Shown: positions 27,661 to 35,438 of the stretch, one piece after another | Numbering within the stretch: the first letter of the stretch is position 1 | Layout: each line of letters opens with the position of its first letter | From: Eubacteriales bacterium | GTDB taxonomy: Bacteria > Bacillota > Clostridia > Oscillospirales > CAG-272 | DNA length: 64,000 nt | Assembly: GCA_045654725.1 (NCBI GenBank) | Contig: JAZONX010000039.1 | Coordinates: 6,747 to 70,746 of the forward strand | Reading direction: 5' to 3' | Program-made: the position numbers and the translations under genes | The notes under the pieces: model-generated | Databases searched by the model: none | What the model was told of the DNA's origin: nothing | The model's input: only the letters and a program-made list of their open reading frames with translations

Positions 27661-30600
27661 TGGCAGACAAAGAAAAAAACATGCCGATACATGATCCCGA
27701 CAATCATGAAAATGAAATACTGAACCATCAGCCGTCTTCAACGGAAGAACTTCCCGAAGCGGATGCAGGTGCGTCGGTTGTAAACAACCCCGAAGAATCG
27801 GAGGTTACATCCAACGAACCTAAGTTGCCCGTTCAGGAAGCAGAGGTTGTAAACGAGCCTGCTGAGGAGCAGATCGAGCCCACCGAAGAAGTAGTTGGTT
27901 CCGAGGAGGTTGAGTCACCCGCGGAGGAAACTCCCGAGGTTGAATCTTCCGAAGAGGCAGCTGCTACGGAGGAGGTATCCGAGCCCGAGGCGATTGAGGA
28001 GGCGGAGCCTGTTTCGGAGGAAGAAGTTCCGGAAGCAGAGCCTGCTTCAGAGGAAGAAATCCCCGAAGAAGAGACTACCGAAGAGCCGCTTGTCGAGAGC
28101 GACGATGAGGTTGCTGAAGAACCGCTTGCCGAGAGCAATGAGGAAGCTCCTATCGATGGGGATGAACAACCCGAGGGCGAGTTCACCGAGAGCGATTGGA
28201 ACGAGGAAGACGAGCTCGAAGATGACACCGATTCAGAGGATGAAGACGACTCGTTTGACGAGAATCTTACCATTGAAATTGACGCTGACGGAATCGTAAC
28301 CACCAATGGTGTTGCCGAGGATGATGACTCCGAGAACTTCGTTAATGACGAAGAAGAGAAGGAGATCGATCCCGAGGATCTCGTGATTTACGATGAGGTT
28401 ATAAAGGCTATCAAATCAGAGGGTGAGCGCCTGGTTGCAAAGGAAGAAAGTCTTAAACTCTATGCGAAGCATAGCAAGGACGCAATTAAGAACTTTGAGG
28501 CGGCTCTTAAGGTTGGTCAGCATCTGCTTGAAAGCAACCGTGACGAGAAGGAAACTCCTTCTATTTTGGCCGGTATCATCAAGATCTGCGCGCAGATCCT
28601 TGAAATCAAGTGCAACAACCTCGAGAACTACGTAAGAGTTAAGGCTTATGAGTACATCAAGCCTGCCCGCAAGGAGCTCAGCTATGAGATCGAGAGATAC
28701 AACGATTACCTGATTACATATTCTTCTTTAACCGGTGAGCAGCTGACGAGATTGTCCGCGCTCCTTCCCGAGAAGATTGCTTCAGGAAAATCTATTGCTG
28801 TGATCCCCGTTCTCTCTTACAGAGAGAGTTACGTTCAGGTCTCCGAGGATGACGAGCTTACAAGAGAGGCTGCAGCAACCCTCACCTTCATAGACCCCGT
28901 GCTCAATGCCGATGCGCTTATGGGAGAGGTTGATCCTCCTCGTACAGTGGGTGGAACTCGCCGTTACATGAGAAAGGCGAAAAAGGCCACCAAGGCACTC
29001 GGTAATGAATGTTCAAGAATAAGCAAGCTTCTCTCCCAGTCCAAGTCAGCCCGTAAGAGATTCGAAGACGAGCTCAGGGCACTTGAGGCGAGAACACCTC
29101 TTGCACAGCGTGCAACAGACGAGTACAAGAACAAGGTGTTCAAGATCGGAGTTAAGTATGGAAAGCAGCTCTCCGGCATTAAGACGCTGAAGACCAGAAA
29201 CGCCTTTGTGAGAAACAGAGTGCGCCTGATGATCAACCGTCTTGTTATCGAGAGAGAAAAGCTTGTCATCGCATACGATTGTTTGCGTGAGGCTTGTCGT
29301 GCAGGAAACAATGGTCAGAAGAGAATAGCGAGAGATTACCTGACAAAGGCGATCTTCTCCTACAATAAGTGCGCCGAGCTTTGCAGTAAGGCGGCGGGAG
29401 CGAACTTTGAGGTAATATCTCCCTTTGTTGTAGATCAGATCTACGCAGGAAAGGAAGCTTCCTTCCCAAGAATTGCTTATAAGCGCGAGCTTGTTGAGAC
29501 GGTTGGTAACACCTCCCGTTCGATTAGCATGGTGCTTCGCAATGATGTTCTTCCCGACGAACAGGCTTACGCTGAAACCTCGCAGAGAATTGTCGATAAG
29601 CATGGTAACACGGTTAACACCGCCGCACTTTCGGATGAATCGGCGATGGAGGACAGAGCATCTGCGATTGCGAAGGTAATGATTGATGCCCTTAAGGACT
29701 CGGCGGATACAGTTCTAAATGTTGATGATCTCGAGCGCTTCTCAGTTAAGGTTAACAGAGCACTCAAGTACTTCAAGAGAGCTCGCCGCAGAACCGAGAA
29801 GGCGATGGCGCGTGCCTTTGATGAAAACGGCGTTATCACCGCCTTGGTTGAAAACCTTCGCGTGATTGCCAACATAATCGAGGTAAGGCGAATCAGCATT
29901 GCTGCCGCGACCAGAATTAAGCGCAACGACATTGCGAGAAGCTACAGCAGAGCACTTTACAAAAACATTGAGCTTTATAACGGAAGAGCTATTGACTATA
30001 TGTCGATAGTTGGCGAGCAGTTCTCCCGTATCAGCATTACTCCCGTAAGAGATCTTGCTAACGGAGCAGATAAGCTTAAAGTTCCTGTTATAACATATAA
30101 AGATAATTACATAGAAGTATTTCCTAAAGATCCTCTTAAGGATTCTGTTTACGAAAAGCCCAGACTGTGGCGCTCGGGAGTTTACACGCCTCTCCTTATG
30201 AAGCACTACAGACTTACGGAAAACCGCGCTATCGAAACAACGGTTGTTAACTCGCCCTTCGTATTTGACGTTATGACCGATGATATGCCGGCTGTTTCCT
30301 GGTGGCACCCCATAGGAATTTGGCAGCACCTGATGGTATGGGCGCAGCCGATAGTTGCTTGGTGGCACAGAGTACTGACTAACGTCGAAATCTGGTTCGT
30401 AGATGAGTCGCTTGTATTCTCGAAGAGCGGACTTAAGGGCAGGGAAAGACGAAATCAAAGAAGAAAACGCAGATACGAAAGCAAGATTCGACGTTTCAAC
30501 GCCGAGCATACTGCAGCGATACTTAGACTTGAAACGGTTGTTCACGAGACCGACCGTCACACCCTTGAGTATCAGAAGAAGATCTGCAAGATTAACGAAA

Positions 30601-33266
30601 AATACAGCCGTAAGATCTATCGTTTGAAGCTTCGCTGGATGCGTGAGTGCCCCGGTAGAAACGAGGCAAGATTGATGCTTGAGCGTCTCGTTCTTGAAAG
30701 AGAGAGACTTGCCGGTATCAACAAGGTTATCCTCAAGTACAGAAACTACGGCAGAATCACCTTTACTCGCAATATTCTTGTTAAATATAAGAAGAAATTC
30801 ATTGAAGCAATAACCGCGCACAACAACACCGCCGAGAAGCTTTCTGAACTTATTGGCGTTAAGTTGTCGCAGGTATCGACCTCGGTTGCAGAAGAGATCA
30901 TAAGATATGGTAATATGATCAAGTTCCCCGAGATCGTATGCTGCAGAGAGGTTATTGAAACCATCGATGGCAAGAATAGAACCGTTGGCGACAGATGGCA
31001 CGGATACGGTCTTTACACCGGAACCTCCGACTCCGCTTCGTCTAATGCGAATGCACCTGTTATGTCTGTTGGCGCTATGGGTTACGCGACTGATATGGGC
31101 GTTCCTTTCCTTAAGAGCGACACTAACGGCATGACAATGATCGGTATGACTCCCGGCGGAGTTCCTCTCATTGGATTTAACTCCACAGGCGAGACTTCCA
31201 TACCCTTCACCGGTACACCTATGATGCTCTCCGGCTCGGATATCTCCGTGGTACTTGACGCCGGCAGAGAAGGTCAGGATACGATGATCCTTGGCGCAGC
31301 CGATGCGACCGATCCTTACTCCGGCCTCAATCAGCGTGGTGTTGATGCAAGATATACAGACGACCTTGAAGAAGATGCAAAGGATCTCCACTCGGGTTGC
31401 GAGGTCGAGACTCCCCTTGATCTTCAGTCGAAGATGATAGAAGAAAGATTTACCAGAGCACTCCGCGCAAGAGCAATGACGTCGATTGACAACGTCAGAA
31501 ACTGGTGGAAGCTCGTTGGTAGCGAAATCAACGTTTGGATTATGAGAAAACTTCTCATAAGACCTCGCGGATTCCTCCAGATCCTTCTTCCTCCGAGAGA
31601 TTTCTATATTGAAAACGTAAACACAAAGGTTAGCGTTCAGGATGTAATCTCTCTTGAGAGAATTTCGACGGTTGGCGGTATCATCGACATAGAGTGCAAG
31701 AGACTCTATTCGGCTACTAAGACCGGAGTTAGACGTTCGCAGAGAAAGTTCAGCGCATGGCTCCATGAGGACATTGATCTTTACAACCAGCTTGTAAAGA
31801 CCTACAACAAGAATCATCCTCGCCACATGCACATCGAGCTTCTTTCCTTCAACATCCCGGATACGATCAGATTCAGACGAGAGGATCTTCCTCCCGCGCC
31901 TCCCGTTTTCAGCATGCGCAACAGAGTTAAGCTTCAAGAGGACGCTACGCCAATCTTGACTAAGGATCTGTTGGAAAGCCTTGTTGAATATGCCAAGAAG
32001 GCAACGTTTAGACACAAAGGTCTGATAGGAATAATTTGGGCTAAGCTTGTTACAGTTCCTCTTCTTAATCTCGAGATGCGTCTCGGATTACGCGGCAAAG
32101 CTCTTAAGAGAGTTAAGCGTATGATTGGTAAGAGATCTAACAGAGCTTATGCTTACCGTCAGGAAAACGAAGCAAGACATTACCGAATCAGATACGAAAA
32201 GGCTCGTTCAATGAAGCGCTATAACAGACGTACTCTGCGCGCTATCGGACTTGCGAACGATCCTATCAAGTATCAGGAAAAGGTACACAAGGTTCTTCGC
32301 AGACACCTGACTCAGATCTTCCGAATCGACTACAATATGCGTATACGCCAGCTCATCTACAGAGCGATGAGAGTTCAAAAAGAACTCTACTGGATTGTTA
32401 CCGCGGCACTTGCGGCGGTTACGGTTATCGTATCGTTAACACCCGTAGATATGAGAGCGTTGCAGACGCTTGTATTTGTCGGTGTCGTTTGGGCAGCATT
32501 GCCTATCATCCTCGCATTGCTCAGACTTGTTTACTCGATTGTTCTGTTGGTAGTAAGTATCGTGCTTCTGCTTACACGAAACATCTGGCTTATCAAGTAT
32601 GGTGCAAGAGACGTTGAGCGAAACCGCTATGGCGCGATTCTCGACTGCTTCGTAACAGAGCAGTATAGATTGCTCGTGGCTTGTGAAAGAGTTCATCAGA
32701 AGCCCAGAAGCCATAAGGCAAGAAAGATTCTTATTGCAGCGGTTAATGATTTCAACAAGCGTTCGACCGTTTATTCCGAAATTCTCAGAATTCCGATTAA
32801 GCAGATTGAAATTACAGGGCTCCTCGAGAAGCTTACAACCGAAGGCTCTCACCGTCTTGTTGAACTTCAGAACTTCGTATACGTAAGAGAGCTTGTCGAG
32901 CGCGTTGACAGACGTCAGAGAGGTAAGACCCTCACAGACAGAGAGTACGCCACACTTTCAGGTGAGATTAACCAGGTTATCAATCTCATCAACCTCAGAA
33001 GCAGCGAGAGTGATCCCGCCGTTCAGTTCCTTAGAACAAAGATGGAGGATCTTGCTAACCGCATCCGCAACAGAGATATTAAGCTCACTCAGAATGAGAG
33101 ATTTGAGCTTAAGAGAGATCTCATTGAAGGCGCGATGAATCTTCAGCTTGAGGCAGGCGAATTCGAAATATTTGCAAAGAACGTCATAACGATCGTAGAT
33201 CACATCGGCGGTAAGGATAGCCGCAGAATTATTGGTGTTCTTGCATCGGATGATATGATCATCTAA
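27660..33266 (+). CDS. Giant (1,868 aa) uncharacterised repeat-containing membrane protein
   Basis: The ATG overlaps the CBS-gene TGA (TGATG) and is preceded by a G-rich SD. The ORF is uninterrupted. It has an acidic E/P-rich N-terminal ~220 aa, six copies of a ~95-aa module, a Trp-rich segment and three hydrophobic helices near residue ~1580-1650. No catalytic motif recognised. Confidence 0.8.
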   Translation: MADKEKNMPIHDPDNHENEILNHQPSSTEELPEADAGASVVNNPEESEVTSNEPKLPVQEAEVVNEPAEEQIEPTEEVVGSEEVESPAEETPEVESSEEAAATEEVSEPEAIEEAEPVSEEEVPEAEPASEEEIPEEETTEEPLVESDDEVAEEPLAESNEEAPIDGDEQPEGEFTESDWNEEDELEDDTDSEDEDDSFDENLTIEIDADGIVTTNGVAEDDDSENFVNDEEEKEIDPEDLVIYDEVIKAIKSEGERLVAKEESLKLYAKHSKDAIKNFEAALKVGQHLLESNRDEKETPSILAGIIKICAQILEIKCNNLENYVRVKAYEYIKPARKELSYEIERYNDYLITYSSLTGEQLTRLSALLPEKIASGKSIAVIPVLSYRESYVQVSEDDELTREAAATLTFIDPVLNADALMGEVDPPRTVGGTRRYMRKAKKATKALGNECSRISKLLSQSKSARKRFEDELRALEARTPLAQRATDEYKNKVFKIGVKYGKQLSGIKTLKTRNAFVRNRVRLMINRLVIEREKLVIAYDCLREACRAGNNGQKRIARDYLTKAIFSYNKCAELCSKAAGANFEVISPFVVDQIYAGKEASFPRIAYKRELVETVGNTSRSISMVLRNDVLPDEQAYAETSQRIVDKHGNTVNTAALSDESAMEDRASAIAKVMIDALKDSADTVLNVDDLERFSVKVNRALKYFKRARRRTEKAMARAFDENGVITALVENLRVIANIIEVRRISIAAATRIKRNDIARSYSRALYKNIELYNGRAIDYMSIVGEQFSRISITPVRDLANGADKLKVPVITYKDNYIEVFPKDPLKDSVYEKPRLWRSGVYTPLLMKHYRLTENRAIETTVVNSPFVFDVMTDDMPAVSWWHPIGIWQHLMVWAQPIVAWWHRVLTNVEIWFVDESLVFSKSGLKGRERRNQRRKRRYESKIRRFNAEHTAAILRLETVVHETDRHTLEYQKKICKINEKYSRKIYRLKLRWMRECPGRNEARLMLERLVLERERLAGINKVILKYRNYGRITFTRNILVKYKKKFIEAITAHNNTAEKLSELIGVKLSQVSTSVAEEIIRYGNMIKFPEIVCCREVIETIDGKNRTVGDRWHGYGLYTGTSDSASSNANAPVMSVGAMGYATDMGVPFLKSDTNGMTMIGMTPGGVPLIGFNSTGETSIPFTGTPMMLSGSDISVVLDAGREGQDTMILGAADATDPYSGLNQRGVDARYTDDLEEDAKDLHSGCEVETPLDLQSKMIEERFTRALRARAMTSIDNVRNWWKLVGSEINVWIMRKLLIRPRGFLQILLPPRDFYIENVNTKVSVQDVISLERISTVGGIIDIECKRLYSATKTGVRRSQRKFSAWLHEDIDLYNQLVKTYNKNHPRHMHIELLSFNIPDTIRFRREDLPPAPPVFSMRNRVKLQEDATPILTKDLLESLVEYAKKATFRHKGLIGIIWAKLVTVPLLNLEMRLGLRGKALKRVKRMIGKRSNRAYAYRQENEARHYRIRYEKARSMKRYNRRTLRAIGLANDPIKYQEKVHKVLRRHLTQIFRIDYNMRIRQLIYRAMRVQKELYWIVTAALAAVTVIVSLTPVDMRALQTLVFVGVVWAALPIILALLRLVYSIVLLVVSIVLLLTRNIWLIKYGARDVERNRYGAILDCFVTEQYRLLVACERVHQKPRSHKARKILIAAVNDFNKRSTVYSEILRIPIKQIEITGLLEKLTTEGSHRLVELQNFVYVRELVERVDRRQRGKTLTDREYATLSGEINQVINLINLRSSESDPAVQFLRTKMEDLANRIRNRDIKLTQNERFELKRDLIEGAMNLQLEAGEFEIFAKNVITIVDHIGGKDSRRIIGVLASDDMII

Positions 33267-33316
33267 ACTAATTGGTTTTAAGTAAATTAAATAAAAAACA
33301 AAAAAATAAATTTGAA

Positions 33317-33333
33317 GGGGGCAGGAGGCCCCC
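33317..33333 (+). promoter_or_regulatory. GC hairpin immediately 5' of the SD of the 522-aa gene
   Basis: GGGGGC-AGGAG-GCCCCC, directly followed by SD GGAAGGAG and then ATG 33349. Confidence 0.4.
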
Positions 33334-33348
33334 GGAAGGAGAATTACA

Positions 33349-34917
33349 ATGAGTAAAGTACAGCAGACCAGAGTAGAACTTCTTGTTGAAAGCATCGCTG
33401 TGGAGAAGCAGATTCTTATCGAAATCTGTGACGATCTTGCAGCTCACCGCGACACCGGTAACAAGAAGGCAGCTAAGGAGGCAAAGAAGAACCTCAACGC
33501 ACAGATCAAGAGATACAACAGCCTTGTATCCGATTACAACAAGGTATCTGGCGAGAAGGTTGCAGGCGTTTCCTATGATCTTCCCGAGGAGATCCTTGCA
33601 GGAAGCAACAACTACGGCATCGCTACAGTTGGCACTCCCGTAGCATCCACCGCAAACGCATACAATGCGAACATCAGAATTCTTGACCAGAAAGAGCTCA
33701 AGAAGTACCTCAACAAGAGCGACAAGGCACTTGACAACGTTAAGACCAGACTTGAAGCTACTTGCAAGCAGAAGGACGAGGCAACCGGTTACAACAAGGT
33801 TCTCCTCATCATCAACTGCCTCACATATCAGAGATATGTAATCGAGAGACTCGCTGAGAATCTCCACGTTTGCAACAAGCTCTCTGACAAGAGAGTTAAG
33901 TCCATCAAGAAGGCTCTTGCAGAGGCTATCAAGGGCTACAACAAGTTCGTTGACGAGTACGAGGCTCTTACCAGAAGCCGTCTTACCCGTGCATCCGAGT
34001 CTATTCCCGAGGATATTCTCGCAGGTAAGCCCTATTCTCCCATTCCCGCAATCTCTTACACCGCTAACGATGGCACCGCTAGAAACAGCGACGCTGACGT
34101 AGCAGCAGTTGCAGCAGTTGCAGTAGCAGACCTTGAGGGCGCAAGAGCTAAGAAGAAGCACGCTAAGAAGAACAAGGAAGTTGTTAGAAAGTCCGCACTT
34201 GAGGAGAAGGTTGTAGAGCAGGCTAACAAGGATATCGCAGTTATCGCAAAGCACTACGACTTCAGAATTAGCATGATCGAGAGCGAGAAGGATATGACCG
34301 CTTACAGATTCGGTTATAACACCTTCGACACCAAGAAGCTCAAGAAGGCTACTAACGAGAAGATCAAGAAGGTTCAGAAGGCTAACAAGGAAGCTCTCAA
34401 GTATGAGGAGAAGGATAACGCACGTTACTACGCAGTTATCACCAACGATCCTGCAACTATGAAGGCTAAGCGTCGTGCTAATAGAGTTAAGATCGCATCC
34501 CTTCGTACCCAGATGATGACCCTTCTTAACAAGAGAGATGAGCTTAACAGCAAGCTTCTCTCCATCTACAACGGCTCTGAGGTTACTCTTGACGGCGTAA
34601 GCATCAACCAGAAGTGGCGTCAGGTTAAGTCCGATGCAGCTGAGAAGTATGTAAACGGCAACAAGAAGCTCGCTAAGAAGATCGCTCGTCTTCCTGCATC
34701 CAGCGGTGAAAAGCAGAGACTCTTCGGCATTATGAACAACAGCGTAGATGCATCCTCTACTCTTGCACTTACCAAGTATCGCCTTAAGACCAAGGAATAC
34801 AGAAATGGTGAAGAGAAGAAGGCTCTTCGTAAGGACGTTAAGCACTTTGAGAAGGTTCTTAAGCAGAACAGCAAGGACATCAAGTGGGTTATCAAGAAGA
34901 TTAAGAAGCGCGCTTGA
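33349..34917 (+). CDS. Lys/Ala/Glu-rich 522-aa paralogue of the giant protein's repeat module
   Basis: Strong SD upstream. Contains two clear copies of the same module (…IKRYNSLVSDYNKVSGEKVAGVSYDLPEEILAG…; …IKGYNKFVDEYEALTRSRLTRASESIPEDILAG…). Ends at TGA 34915-34917. Confidence 0.8.
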   Translation: MSKVQQTRVELLVESIAVEKQILIEICDDLAAHRDTGNKKAAKEAKKNLNAQIKRYNSLVSDYNKVSGEKVAGVSYDLPEEILAGSNNYGIATVGTPVASTANAYNANIRILDQKELKKYLNKSDKALDNVKTRLEATCKQKDEATGYNKVLLIINCLTYQRYVIERLAENLHVCNKLSDKRVKSIKKALAEAIKGYNKFVDEYEALTRSRLTRASESIPEDILAGKPYSPIPAISYTANDGTARNSDADVAAVAAVAVADLEGARAKKKHAKKNKEVVRKSALEEKVVEQANKDIAVIAKHYDFRISMIESEKDMTAYRFGYNTFDTKKLKKATNEKIKKVQKANKEALKYEEKDNARYYAVITNDPATMKAKRRANRVKIASLRTQMMTLLNKRDELNSKLLSIYNGSEVTLDGVSINQKWRQVKSDAAEKYVNGNKKLAKKIARLPASSGEKQRLFGIMNNSVDASSTLALTKYRLKTKEYRNGEEKKALRKDVKHFEKVLKQNSKDIKWVIKKIKKRA

Positions 34918-35067
34918 AGGTTACGTAACACGTTCTGGTGGGTGGCACTTTATCTGCTACTGCTCCTAGGCGGAGCCGGACTCGCTTTGCTGTATTTTGC
35001 AGCAAGTAGCGCAGAGCTTACAGCTCTAATCAATGAATTTATTAATAATTACGGAGGATTAATATAA
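34918..35067 (+). other. 49-codon open extension in frame with the 522-aa ORF beyond its TGA; encodes a TM helix
   Basis: Translation: RLRNTFWWVALYLLLLLGGAGLALLYFAASSAELTALINEFINNYGGLI-stop. Its TAA (35065-35067) overlaps the ATG of the next gene (TAATG). No convincing independent SD/start. Confidence 0.5.
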
Positions 35068-35276
35068 TGGCTAAGAAGAGAAAGTCCGCAGGCATTGCAC
35101 AGACTGAGGCAATCAAGACTCGTGCAGGCATGGCTGAAAAGCTTGAAAAGGAAAGACTTGAACTCAAGAAAGAAATGGAAGCAATCATGAAGAAGTATGC
35201 TAAGGCAACCGGTCAGAGAAAGCTCGGTCAGCGTAAGCATAAGGTTGGTAAGGCTCCCAACGACTACAGAGCATAA
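35067..35276 (+). CDS. Small (69 aa) highly basic helical protein
   Basis: GGAGG SD 8 nt upstream. Sequence: MAKKRKSAGIAQTEAIKTR...KLGQRKHKVGKAPNDYRA. No recognisable family. Confidence 0.6.
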   Translation: MAKKRKSAGIAQTEAIKTRAGMAEKLEKERLELKKEMEAIMKKYAKATGQRKLGQRKHKVGKAPNDYRA

Positions 35277-35309
35277 TTACTCTGAGTCAAAAAATATTTG
35301 AGAAAGCTA

Positions 35310-35338
35310 TTGCATTTTCTCAAATGTTGTGATATAAT
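35310..35338 (+). promoter_or_regulatory. Promoter of the rimP-nusA-infB operon
   Basis: TTGCAT, 17 nt, then TATAAT with TGA (extended -10). Confidence 0.55.
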
Positions 35339-35361
35339 ACATATAGTTTAATAGTATTTAT

Positions 35362-35411
35362 GGGGCTGTCGCGAAAGTGACAGCCCCTTCACAATAGTTT
35401 TTTTATTGTGA
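35362..35411 (+). promoter_or_regulatory. Two tandem leader hairpins (candidate attenuator) upstream of rimP
   Basis: GGGGCTGTC-GCGAAAGT-GACAGCCCC (35362-35387), then TCACAATA-GTTTTTT-TATTGTGA (35389-35411), between the promoter and the rimP SD. Confidence 0.45.
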
Positions 35412-35438
35412 AAATGAAAAAAGGAGGAGCAAAAAGGT

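Noticed and set aside
29742-32015. 757-aa ORF on the minus strand inside the giant gene
   Set aside because: It is an antisense shadow ORF. It lies entirely within the 1,868-aa plus-strand ORF, has no SD, and its translation is low-complexity (L/S/V/C/N/R-rich). The plus-strand frame has a coupled start and coherent domain organisation. The sense codon usage avoids codons whose complements are stops.
33268-34845. 525-aa minus-strand ORF opposite the 522-aa gene
   Set aside because: Same antisense-shadow explanation. The plus-strand gene has a strong SD and shares the repeat module with the giant protein, while the minus-strand translation is Leu/Val/Cys/Ser low-complexity.
34915-34990. Selenocysteine insertion at the TGA
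   Set aside because: I see only weak local stems just 3' of the TGA (the GTTACGTAAC palindrome, and GCTCC-TAGGC-GGAGC ~50 nt away), nothing resembling a bacterial SECIS at the proper distance. A Sec residue in a basic linker before a TM helix has no obvious rationale. It stays a formal possibility under the readthrough finding.
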